Of a DNA stretch of 33,217 bases, positions 23,112 to 31,838 are shown in pieces. Location: contig DAIEHU010000001.1 in the NCBI GenBank assembly GCA_027353395.1, forward strand, positions 1 to 33,217, given 5' to 3'. Numbering within the stretch: the stretch's first letter is position 1; each line of letters begins with the position of its first letter. A program made the position numbers and the translations under genes. The notes under the pieces are model-generated. The model made no database searches, was not told where the DNA came from, and saw nothing but the letters and a program-made list of their open reading frames with translations. This DNA comes from Desulfobacteraceae bacterium. Its GTDB lineage: Bacteria > Desulfobacterota > Desulfobacteria > Desulfobacterales > Desulfosalsimonadaceae.

Positions 23112-25457
23112 ATGAACTTAGGCAAATACATCGATGATGCCGTCAAAAAATACAGGGATCTTCCATATATGCAGTTTTATGACCGCACCATTACATACGG
23201 CGATTTTAGCAAAAAAATTAACGCCCTGGCCAATGCACTGAAAAAACAAGGATTTAAAAAAGGTGATTTTATCCACGTATGGGTGCAGAACAGCCCGGAA
23301 ACCCTGATCGCCTATTATGCCATTATCAAAATCGGCGCTGTGGCCGGCCCCATCAACGGGTGGTGGAAAGCGCCGGAAGTGGAATACCTGTTAAACGATT
23401 CCAAAGGCTGTGGTCTTATTGTTGAAGATCAATACCTTTCCATTTACAACGAGATTAAGGATAAATGCCCGAACTTAAAAAAAATCATCGAGGTCAGCGA
23501 AAAACCGGCCGACGGGCATATTTCTTTTGCCGCACTGCTGGCGGAAGGGGACAACACACCCTTTGAGAGCGACGCGGACCCCGAAGATATTGCCTTTATC
23601 TTCTATACGTCCGGCACCACGGGAAACCCCAAGGGCGTTTTGCTTTCCAATAAGAATGTGGTGGCCGACGCCAACGGGATCAATGCGGCCCTGAATACGG
23701 ATGAAAATCGGAATTTCCTCTGCTTTCTGCCCCTGTTTCACGTCAACGCAATGCTCACCTGCACATCCGCCCTGGAAAAAGGCCATCAGATTATTCTGCG
23801 GAAACAGTTTTCCGCCAGCGAATTCTGGGAAGTGGTGGAAAAATATAAAGTGAATTTTTGGTCCGCGGTTCCGGCAGTCTATCAGATTCTGCTCTCCGAC
23901 CCTACCCGCCAGAAATTTGATTTGAGCTCCCTTGAATTCGGCATCTGCGGTGCCGCCCCCCTGACCCAGGAAACCATGACCAACTTCCAGGACACATTTG
24001 GCATTCCCATCGTCGAAGGATATGGCCTTACGGAAGGCACTTGTGTCAGCACCATCAATCCGATGAATGGTGTCCGCAAGATCGGTTCCATCGGCCTGGC
24101 CCTGCCCGGCCAGGAAGTTCTGATTGTTGATGAACACGGAAATGAGGTTCCCACTGGGGAACGCGGTGAGATCGTCATCAAGGGCGATAATGTCATGAAG
24201 GGATATTACAACAAGCCCGAGGAAACCGCCAAAACCATTATAGGTGGCTACCTGCATACCGGAGACGTGGGCGTCAAGGACGCGGACGGCTATATTTTCA
24301 TTGTGGACCGGATGAAGGACATGATCATCCGGGGCGGGGAAAATATCTATCCCAAGGAAATCGACAATCTCCTGGCAGGCCACCCCAAAATTAGCGAGGC
24401 CGCAACCGTAGGCGTTCCGGACAAGACCATGGGGGAAGAAGTCAAAGTATTTGTGGTGGCGGAAGACGATTCCCTGACCGAAGAAGAAGTCATTGAATAC
24501 TGCAAACAAAACCTCGCCTCATTTAAAGTCCCGAAATATGTTGAAATCCTTAGCGAGGATTTTCCTCGAAGCCCCATCGGCAAAGTACTGAAAAAGACAC
24601 TTCGGGAGTGGGGGCTGAAAGGCTCGCCCACCAAGCCCAAGGGGCCGGAAGTCACGGTGAATGATATTTTCGGCACCATGGAATCGCGGGTCAATCCGGA
24701 TGGCGTTAAAGGCATAACCGCCAACTACGGGTATATTATTACCGGCACGGGCGGCGGCGAGTATACCGTGTGCGTGTCTGACGGCAGGGTCCAGGTCAAG
24801 GAAGGCATCCACAGCCCCAACGTCACCACCACCTGCTCGGCCAAGGACTGGATCGCCATCACTCTGGGCAAGCTTGATGGCATGACCGCCTTTACCTCCG
24901 GAAAACTGAAAGTCGAGGGCGATATGGGTCTGCTGGGTAAAGCCACCAAATTCTTTAAAAAATACACGCCCCCTGCCGGCGGTGACCCGGTGGAAAAAGG
25001 CGAAGAGCTTATCGTCAAAAAACAGATTCTATCCATCCCCCAAAAATTTTCCACCGGTCCGGTCATGGGCAAATTCTTAAATGCGTTTAAAGATAAAAAA
25101 ATACTGGCGAACCGGTGCCCGAAATGCGGCCGTCTCCAGCTCCCCCCGAGAGAAGTATGCGCCGAATGCGTGGTCCGTGCTGCCGACTGGGTGGAAGTCG
25201 GCCCGGATGGCGTGATCTCCATCATGGATGTCACCTTCTATGCCAGTCCGGATCCACTGACCGGAGAGAGCCGGGAAACGCCTTATGTTTCCGCCCACTT
25301 CCTGCTGGATGGGTGCAAAGGCCATGAAACCCTCTGGCATGAATTAAAGCCCGAGGACAGGGATCGCGCAAAAAAAGGAGACCGGGTCAGGCCGGTATGG
25401 AATGAAAACCGAATCGGCGCCATCACGGATATTTTATACTTTGAACTCATCGATTGA
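23112..25457 (+). CDS. Tri-domain fusion of an AMP-forming acyl-CoA synthetase, an SCP2 lipid-binding domain and a DUF35 Zn-ribbon/OB-fold domain
   Basis: Residues 1 to about 500 have YTSGTTGNPKGV (nt 23604-23639), GYGLTEG and GDVGVKDADGYIFIVDRMKDMIIRGGENIYPKEID. Residues about 512-618 have WIAITLGKLDGMTAFTSGKLKVEGDMGLLGKATKFF, an SCP2 pattern. Residues about 640-781 have CPKCGRLQLPPREVCAEC plus an OB-fold tail. Confidence 0.85.
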   Translation: MNLGKYIDDAVKKYRDLPYMQFYDRTITYGDFSKKINALANALKKQGFKKGDFIHVWVQNSPETLIAYYAIIKIGAVAGPINGWWKAPEVEYLLNDSKGCGLIVEDQYLSIYNEIKDKCPNLKKIIEVSEKPADGHISFAALLAEGDNTPFESDADPEDIAFIFYTSGTTGNPKGVLLSNKNVVADANGINAALNTDENRNFLCFLPLFHVNAMLTCTSALEKGHQIILRKQFSASEFWEVVEKYKVNFWSAVPAVYQILLSDPTRQKFDLSSLEFGICGAAPLTQETMTNFQDTFGIPIVEGYGLTEGTCVSTINPMNGVRKIGSIGLALPGQEVLIVDEHGNEVPTGERGEIVIKGDNVMKGYYNKPEETAKTIIGGYLHTGDVGVKDADGYIFIVDRMKDMIIRGGENIYPKEIDNLLAGHPKISEAATVGVPDKTMGEEVKVFVVAEDDSLTEEEVIEYCKQNLASFKVPKYVEILSEDFPRSPIGKVLKKTLREWGLKGSPTKPKGPEVTVNDIFGTMESRVNPDGVKGITANYGYIITGTGGGEYTVCVSDGRVQVKEGIHSPNVTTTCSAKDWIAITLGKLDGMTAFTSGKLKVEGDMGLLGKATKFFKKYTPPAGGDPVEKGEELIVKKQILSIPQKFSTGPVMGKFLNAFKDKKILANRCPKCGRLQLPPREVCAECVVRAADWVEVGPDGVISIMDVTFYASPDPLTGESRETPYVSAHFLLDGCKGHETLWHELKPEDRDRAKKGDRVRPVWNENRIGAITDILYFELID

Positions 25458-25478
25458 TGATCCTATAGGAGACAAATT

Positions 25479-26378
25479 ATGAGCACAGCAACAAATGATT
25501 GTTTTATCGTCAATGGGAAGCTGGCCCTTCCCTATCAATACTTTGCCGGCCGAGCCGGAAGCCGGTTTATCATCAGCCTGCGGGATGAAAAAAAAATCAG
25601 GGGCTTAAAATGTCAGAAGTGCGGCAAAGTGTTTGTTCCGCCACGGGCTACCTGTGAAACCTGCTTTGAAGACATATGCGAGAACTGGGTGGATGTGAAA
25701 AATACGGGCGTTGTCACCTGTTTTACCATCATCCGCTATAAAGAGCCCCATCAGCCGGTTGACCCGCCCTATATTCTGGGGCTTGTCAAACTGGACGGCG
25801 CGGACACCCCGCTCGCCCACATCGTCAAAGGCGTACCTTTGAGCAAGATGAAAACCGGCCTCAAGGTCAAGGCGGTGTTCGCCAAAAAAACCACCGGCGG
25901 CATTATGGATATTGATCATTTCCAGGTAGTTGATGACAAACCTAAATTTGAAATGGGCTATTCCTATGATGAACTGGAGATCGGCATGTCCGCATCGTTT
26001 ACCAAAACGATTTCAGAGACCGATGTCTACCTGTTCGCGGGGATTTCCGGGGATTTCAACCCCATGCATATGAACGAAGAATTCGCCAAGATGACGCCTT
26101 TCGGCACCCGTATCGCTCATGGGGCTCTGCCCCAAAGTCTTATAGCGCCGGTTCTCGGCATGAAACTTCCGGGCCTGGGCACGGTCATTCCGGAAATCAC
26201 CGTCCGGTTCAAACGGCCCACCTATTTTGGCGACACCATCACCGCCATCGGCGAGGTCGTCGAAAAAATAGAAAAAAAACGATGGGTCCGCATGGAGCTC
26301 CGCTGGACCAATCAAAAAGATGAACTGGTGGCGGAGGGGTCTTGCCTGGCCATACCGCCGATGCCATTCAATAAATAA
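25479..26378 (+). CDS. DUF35 (Zn-ribbon/OB-fold) fused to a MaoC-like (R)-specific enoyl-CoA hydratase
   Basis: Residues 1 to about 150 have KCQKCGKVFVPPRATCETC plus an OB-fold. Residues about 160-299 carry the hot-dog hydratase-2 motif FAGISGDFNPMHMNEEFA (nt 26034-26087) and IAHGAL. Confidence 0.85.
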   Translation: MSTATNDCFIVNGKLALPYQYFAGRAGSRFIISLRDEKKIRGLKCQKCGKVFVPPRATCETCFEDICENWVDVKNTGVVTCFTIIRYKEPHQPVDPPYILGLVKLDGADTPLAHIVKGVPLSKMKTGLKVKAVFAKKTTGGIMDIDHFQVVDDKPKFEMGYSYDELEIGMSASFTKTISETDVYLFAGISGDFNPMHMNEEFAKMTPFGTRIAHGALPQSLIAPVLGMKLPGLGTVIPEITVRFKRPTYFGDTITAIGEVVEKIEKKRWVRMELRWTNQKDELVAEGSCLAIPPMPFNK

Positions 26379-26390
26379 GGATAAAATTGC

Positions 26391-27554
26391 ATGACATACG
26401 AATTCAAAACCGAATCCACCTATCAGGAATATTTCACCAAATCCCATGATCTGGTCAGAAAATCCGTCCGGGAATTTATTAAAAAAGAAGTGCTGCCGTT
26501 TATCAACGAATGGGAGGAAGCCGGGGAGTTCCCGAAAGAAATATACAAAAAAGCCGGGGATGTGGGAATCTTAGGTATTGGGTTTCCCGAAAAATTTGGT
26601 GGCACGCCGGGAGATATCTTTTTTGGGGTGGCGGCCAGCGAGGAACTCATGCGGTCCACTTCTGGCGGTTTTTGCGCAGGGCTGGGCTCCTTAAATATCG
26701 CGTTGCCCCCGATTTTAAACCTGGGTTCAGAGGAACTGAAACAAAAATTCATCCCGCCCGTGCTGGCCGGAGATAAAATCGCGGCCCTGGCCATCACTGA
26801 ACCCGGCGGGGGATCGGATGTGGCGAATATCAAAACAACGGCAGTGAAAGACGGCGGCCATTATATTATCAACGGCAGCAAGACGTTTATCACCAGCGGC
26901 TGCCGGGCCGACCAGGTCACCTGTGCGGTCCGCACCGGCGGGGAAGGCGCAAAGGGCATCAGCATGATCGTTGTGGAAAAAGGAACGCCGGGCTTTTCCG
27001 TCTCCAAAAAACTGAAAAAAACCGGCTGGTGGGCATCCGACACGGCCGAGCTCTTTTTCGACAATTGCCGCGTGCCGGCGGCAAACCTGATCGGCGAGGA
27101 AAACCAGGGATTCTACGCCATCGTGATCAATTTCCAGCAGGAACGGCTGGCGCTGGCGGTTATGGCCAACATGACGGCCCGCATGGCCCTTGAAGAAGCC
27201 ATCAAATATGCGAAGCAACGGGAAGCCTTCGGCAAACCCCTGACCGGTTTTCAGGTGACCCGGCACAAGCTGGCGGACATGGCGACACTGGTGGAGGCCA
27301 GTACGGAATTCACCTACCGGGTGGCGGCCAAAATCGGCGCGGGCGTCGACCAGATCAAGGAAGTGTCCATGGCCAAGAATTTTGCCTGTTCTGTCAGCGA
27401 CAAGGTCACTTTTGACGCGGTCCAGATTTTCGGCGGGTATGGCTATATGCGGGAATACGTGGTGGAGCGCCTGTACCGGGACAACCGGATCCTTTCCATC
27501 GGCGGCGGAACAACGGAAATCATGAAAGAAATCATATCCAAAATGATGATGTGA
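26391..27554 (+). CDS. Acyl-CoA dehydrogenase
   Basis: The 387-aa ORF has AITEPGGGSDVAN, FITSG, QIFGGYGYMREYVVERLYRD and IGGGTTEI. Confidence 0.9.
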   Translation: MTYEFKTESTYQEYFTKSHDLVRKSVREFIKKEVLPFINEWEEAGEFPKEIYKKAGDVGILGIGFPEKFGGTPGDIFFGVAASEELMRSTSGGFCAGLGSLNIALPPILNLGSEELKQKFIPPVLAGDKIAALAITEPGGGSDVANIKTTAVKDGGHYIINGSKTFITSGCRADQVTCAVRTGGEGAKGISMIVVEKGTPGFSVSKKLKKTGWWASDTAELFFDNCRVPAANLIGEENQGFYAIVINFQQERLALAVMANMTARMALEEAIKYAKQREAFGKPLTGFQVTRHKLADMATLVEASTEFTYRVAAKIGAGVDQIKEVSMAKNFACSVSDKVTFDAVQIFGGYGYMREYVVERLYRDNRILSIGGGTTEIMKEIISKMMM

Positions 27555-27655
27555 AAGACAGGGGGGACGGATAACACCGGATACAGGCCAATCGTTTACT
27601 CGTTTTTCTCATAGCGGGAAGTTCTGGCGACACTTACACCATTGCACAAGGAGAC

Positions 27656-29458
27656 ATGATGGAAAAAACAATCACTGAAGTTTTCAAAAATCGCTCCCAA
27701 AAATATAAGAACCGGCTGGCCGCCGAGAAGAAAAAAAGCGGCAAATGGGAAAAGATGACCTGGAGCGAATATTATGATCGCGCCCGATTTCTCGGCATCG
27801 GTCTCTATTCTCTGGGAATCAAAAAAGGGGACATGGTTGCCATCCTGTCTGAAAACTGTCTGGAATGGATTGTCACCGACATGGGGGCTCTGGGTATTGG
27901 CGCCGTGGTGGTGCCGGTTTATACGACGCTGGTCGCCGAAGAAGTCAAATATATTGTTGAAAATTCAGAATCCAAGGTCATTTTTGTTGAAAATAAAATG
28001 CAGCTCGACAAGATCCTCTCTTTTGTTGATGAAGTGAAGTCTCTGGAAAAAATCGTGGTTTTCAATAACAGGGACGCCAAAAACAGCCATCCGGAAGTCA
28101 TCAGCTTTGAGGAACTCCTTGCCTCCGGAAAAGACGGCATTGAAAAACCGGCCTTGTTTGAGACCCTTGCCGCTGAAGTCGCCCCGGAAGACCTGGCCAC
28201 CATTGTTTACACTTCCGGCACCACCGGCGTTCCCAAAGGGGCCATGATCACCCATAAAAACATCATGGCGGTCATCCGTTCGCTGGACAGCATCATCCCC
28301 AAATTCGCCTATGATACGGACCAGACCGTGCCGCTGCTGCCGCTCAGCCATGTATTCGAGCGCGTGGCCGGCCATTTTTACGGCATGTACGTGGGGCTCA
28401 CGGCTTCCTACGCCGAAAGCATCGACACCTTTGTGGTGGATGTCAAGGAAAAGCGCCCGACGGTGGTTCTGGCGGTTCCCAGGGTTTGTGAAAAAGTCTA
28501 CCAACGGATTCTCGGCCAGGTGGAGGAACAGCCCGAGTGGAAGCAAAAAATGTTCCACTGGGGATACAATGTGGGCCTTGAGATCAGCGCGTTGCGGGAA
28601 AAGAAAAAGCCGATTCCGCTGTTCCTTGGGCTTCAATACAAGCTGGCCTATAATCTGATCTTTAAAAAACTGGCGGATGCATTGGGGGGAAGGGTCCGGT
28701 GGATGACTGCATCCGGCGCGCCCACGTCCCGGGATATCATCCTGTTTTTCAATGCCTCCGGCATCACCGTCATTGAAGGATACGGCATGACGGAATCCTG
28801 CGCCCCGGCCACCATGAGCAGTCTTTCGGATTATAAAATAGGGACGGTCGGGAAACCGCTGCCAGGTGTTGATATCAAAATCGCCGAAGATGGCGAAATT
28901 CTGGTCAAGGGCGATAATGTATTCGCCGGATACTGGAAAATGGAAAAAGAAACGAAAAACGCCTTCACGGATGACGGGTATTTGATGAGCGGGGATATCG
29001 GGAAATTCGACGAAGATGGATTTCTGCTGATCACGGACCGGAAAAAAGATCTGATCATTACTTCCGGCGGGAAAAATGTCGCACCCCAGAAAATTGAGGG
29101 AATTTTCAAATTCGATCCCCTGTTCGCCCAGTTTATTGTGGTGGGGGAACGGAAAAAATTCTTGAGCGCGCTGATCAATATTAACCTGGAACAGGCCCAG
29201 CGGCTTGCCGCACAGCAGGGCGTCGCATTCGATAAACCACAGGACTTGCTGGACAACAAGGCGTTTCTGAAAATCGTGGATGAGCATGTTGCGGAGAAAA
29301 ATCAAAAACTGGCCCGGTATGAAACCATCAAAAAATACCGGATTATTCGCGATGAATTTTCTCAGGAAGGCGGAGAATTGACCCCGTCGCTGAAGATGAA
29401 GCGCAATGTGATTTATAAAAAATACGACGGCCTCATTGATACGATGTATGAGGGTTGA
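27656..29458 (+). CDS. Long-chain-type AMP-forming acyl-CoA synthetase (FACL/FadD-like, 600 aa)
   Basis: IVYTSGTTGVPKGAMITHKN, EGYGMTE, GDIGKFDEDGFLLITDRKKDLIITSGGKNVAPQKIE, and a C-terminal LTPSLKMKR. Confidence 0.9.
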   Translation: MMEKTITEVFKNRSQKYKNRLAAEKKKSGKWEKMTWSEYYDRARFLGIGLYSLGIKKGDMVAILSENCLEWIVTDMGALGIGAVVVPVYTTLVAEEVKYIVENSESKVIFVENKMQLDKILSFVDEVKSLEKIVVFNNRDAKNSHPEVISFEELLASGKDGIEKPALFETLAAEVAPEDLATIVYTSGTTGVPKGAMITHKNIMAVIRSLDSIIPKFAYDTDQTVPLLPLSHVFERVAGHFYGMYVGLTASYAESIDTFVVDVKEKRPTVVLAVPRVCEKVYQRILGQVEEQPEWKQKMFHWGYNVGLEISALREKKKPIPLFLGLQYKLAYNLIFKKLADALGGRVRWMTASGAPTSRDIILFFNASGITVIEGYGMTESCAPATMSSLSDYKIGTVGKPLPGVDIKIAEDGEILVKGDNVFAGYWKMEKETKNAFTDDGYLMSGDIGKFDEDGFLLITDRKKDLIITSGGKNVAPQKIEGIFKFDPLFAQFIVVGERKKFLSALININLEQAQRLAAQQGVAFDKPQDLLDNKAFLKIVDEHVAEKNQKLARYETIKKYRIIRDEFSQEGGELTPSLKMKRNVIYKKYDGLIDTMYEG

Positions 29459-29475
29459 AAAGAGGAGGGAGAAAT

Positions 29476-30630
29476 ATGAGCGGTAGAGTCGCCGTCTGCG
29501 CCGTGGCGCAGATCAAGAACGAACCGGATATCTGGTATCAGAGATTCCAGGGGATGCTCTTTGAGTGTTTTGAATCCATCATCAAGCAAACCGGGGTGAC
29601 CTTCGACATGGAAAAGGGCATCCGGAACATCATCACCTGCTCCGATGACGTGTTTGACGCCCGCACCATTTCCGACAACGGCGTGACGGACGCGGTGGGC
29701 GCGCATTTCCGGGGCGAGGAAAAGGCCGCCCAGGATGGCATCAACGGCTTGGGATATGCCATGGCATCCATTCTGTCCGGTCACGATGATCTGGTGCTCT
29801 TGATGGGGCACTGCAAGGAATCCCAGTCGGAAAGCCGGAATATGTGCAGCAATCTGGCATTCGATCCGTTTTTCTGCCGGCCCCTGGGACTGGATTTCTT
29901 AAATGCCGCCGCTTTTCAGGCCCGGGCCTATATGAATAAATCCGGAGTCACGGATGCGCATCTGGCAAAAATTGTCTCCCGTTCCCGCAAGCTTGCGGCT
30001 AAAAATCCATATGCCAGAGAAAACGATCCCATCACGGAACAGAATGTTTTAGAATCACCGCTCCTGGCCGATCCCATCCGGCAACTGCACCAGTACCCGG
30101 TCACTGACTGGGCGGTGGGAATGCTCCTGTGCTGCGAGGATCGCGCCCGTGAGTTTACGGACAACCCGGTATTTCTCACCGGATTCGGAAGCTGCATGGA
30201 CAGTTATTTTCTGGGGGACAGAGACCTGGCGTCCAATTTCGCCCTAAAAAAAGCCGCGCAACGGGCTTACCGCATGGCCGGAATTTCAGATCCCAAAAAA
30301 GAGTTTGATATTGCGGAATTAAATGACGCCATTGCCTATCAATTGCCCATGTGGGCGGAAGGTCTGGGACTTGCCGATGAAAATCAGGGGGGCGAATGGG
30401 TTGCATCCGGAGCGTTGGATGCCCAGCACGTCAACCTTTCCGGGGGCATGCTAAACGGCAATCCGATTATGCTGGGGGGGCTTGCCCGGGCAACGGAAGC
30501 CATTTTACAGCTCAGGGGCGAAGCCGGCGACCGGCAGGCGGAAGGTGCTGCAAAAGCCGTGGCCCACGGAACCACAGGCCCGGCCGGGCAGCACCATGCG
30601 GTGATTATTCTTGAGAGGCAGGGGGTATGA
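29476..30630 (+). CDS. Thiolase-fold protein A', paralogue of 20653..21813
   Basis: It shares DDVFDARTISDN, GAHFRGEEKAAQDGI, MGHCKESQ, AYQLPMWAEGLGL, SGGMLNGNPIMLGG and QLRGEAGDRQ with A. ATG 29476 follows AGGAGGG. The ORF-track start at 29455 is a TTG that overlaps the ligase stop. Confidence 0.85.
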   Translation: MSGRVAVCAVAQIKNEPDIWYQRFQGMLFECFESIIKQTGVTFDMEKGIRNIITCSDDVFDARTISDNGVTDAVGAHFRGEEKAAQDGINGLGYAMASILSGHDDLVLLMGHCKESQSESRNMCSNLAFDPFFCRPLGLDFLNAAAFQARAYMNKSGVTDAHLAKIVSRSRKLAAKNPYARENDPITEQNVLESPLLADPIRQLHQYPVTDWAVGMLLCCEDRAREFTDNPVFLTGFGSCMDSYFLGDRDLASNFALKKAAQRAYRMAGISDPKKEFDIAELNDAIAYQLPMWAEGLGLADENQGGEWVASGALDAQHVNLSGGMLNGNPIMLGGLARATEAILQLRGEAGDRQAEGAAKAVAHGTTGPAGQHHAVIILERQGV

Positions 30631-31829
30631 ACAAAATGGGATATAAAAAGAAAAACAGAAATGTCGGCATCGTCGGCATCGGCGAAACCAAATTTTCCAG
30701 CCACCGGGAAGACGTGAACCAGCCGGAAATGATTCATGAAGCCGTCCGCCAGGCGCTGGATGATGCGGGGCTCAAAATCGATGATATCGACTGCGTGGTC
30801 CACGGCAACATGGAACTGTTTGAAATGATTCACCAGCCGGACCTCTGGCATGTGCTGGGAACCGGCGCGCATGGAAAGGATTCTTACCGTCTCACCACCG
30901 GCGGCACCACCGGCGGGACGCTGGTCTGCGCCGCGGATAACCTGGTCGCCTCCGGCATGTACGATGTGGTCATGGCCATCGGGTTTGAAAAACTTCAGGA
31001 AGGCCATACCACCGGCGGCATCACCAATATGGCGGACCCGCTATGGGCAAGGAAGCTTCAGTCCGGGGCGTTGACGGCCCAGGCGGCCGTAAAGCTCATC
31101 GATGAATTCGGAGCGGACCGGGCCCGGAAAGCGGCCATGACCTACCGCATCATCATGGACAAGCACGCCTGTAAAAATCCCAACTCCCACCGGGCGTTCG
31201 GTCTGGATTGGGACCAGATGGACGATCTCATTAAAAATTCCCCGCCGCTCATTGGCGATCTGCGGCTCATCCACATGTGCTCCCAGTCGGACGGGGCCTG
31301 CGCCATGATTTTTGCATCCGAGGAAAGGGCCAGGCAGATCGCAAAGACCCCGGTATGGATCCGGGACCATATCACCGTGCACCGGGAAGAGACCCTGGAT
31401 ATGCACAATAATTTTTATCCCAATAGAACAACCCACCGGTTTGCCGCGGAAACCCTTTTTAAACGCAACGGCATCACAAATCCCCTGGAATATTTTGACG
31501 TGTTTGAAATGTATGACCCGTCCGCATGGTGGGGACTTGACTGGCTACGGGAATTTTTTTTGCTCAAAGGCGACGAGCATCTAAAGCTGGTGGAAAACCA
31601 CGAAATTATGATTGACGGCAAAATGCCCGTCAATCCATCCGGAGGCGTCATCTCCGCCAATCCCATTGGCGCCACCGCCATGGTCCGGACGGCCGAGGCC
31701 GCCAAGCAGGTCCGGGGCAATGCAGGTCCGCACCAGATACCAAGGCCCGTCAACCATGCCTTGGCATCCTCTTTCGGCGGGACCATGTGGACAGTGTTAA
31801 CCATGCTTGAAAAAGAATTGAACTGGTAG
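30627..31829 (+). CDS. Thiolase-fold protein B', paralogue of 21824..23002
   Basis: It shares NQPEMIHEAV, HGNMELFEMIHQPDLWH, TTGGTTGG, AIGFEKLQEGHTTGGITNMAD, CSQSDGACAMIFASEE, FEMYDPSAWWGLDWL, NPSGGVISANPIGATAMV and FGGTMWTVL with B. It has an ATGA overlap with A'. Confidence 0.85.
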   Translation: MNKMGYKKKNRNVGIVGIGETKFSSHREDVNQPEMIHEAVRQALDDAGLKIDDIDCVVHGNMELFEMIHQPDLWHVLGTGAHGKDSYRLTTGGTTGGTLVCAADNLVASGMYDVVMAIGFEKLQEGHTTGGITNMADPLWARKLQSGALTAQAAVKLIDEFGADRARKAAMTYRIIMDKHACKNPNSHRAFGLDWDQMDDLIKNSPPLIGDLRLIHMCSQSDGACAMIFASEERARQIAKTPVWIRDHITVHREETLDMHNNFYPNRTTHRFAAETLFKRNGITNPLEYFDVFEMYDPSAWWGLDWLREFFLLKGDEHLKLVENHEIMIDGKMPVNPSGGVISANPIGATAMVRTAEAAKQVRGNAGPHQIPRPVNHALASSFGGTMWTVLTMLEKELNW

Positions 31830-31838
31830 GGGGAATCC

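Noticed and set aside
23475-24509. A 344-aa minus-strand ORF
   Set aside because: It is antisense to the ligase domain of the tri-domain fusion and has no motifs. The same reasoning applies to 22250..23026 (-), 20782..21450 (-), 17585..18220 (-), 30384..31007 (-), 26727..27266 (-) and 7261..7890 (+).
27965-29305. A 446-aa minus-strand ORF
   Set aside because: It is antisense to the 600-aa acyl-CoA synthetase, which has clear AMP-binding motifs. Its sequence is low-complexity and rich in Phe, Gly, Arg and Asp, with no family features. I treat it as a shadow ORF.
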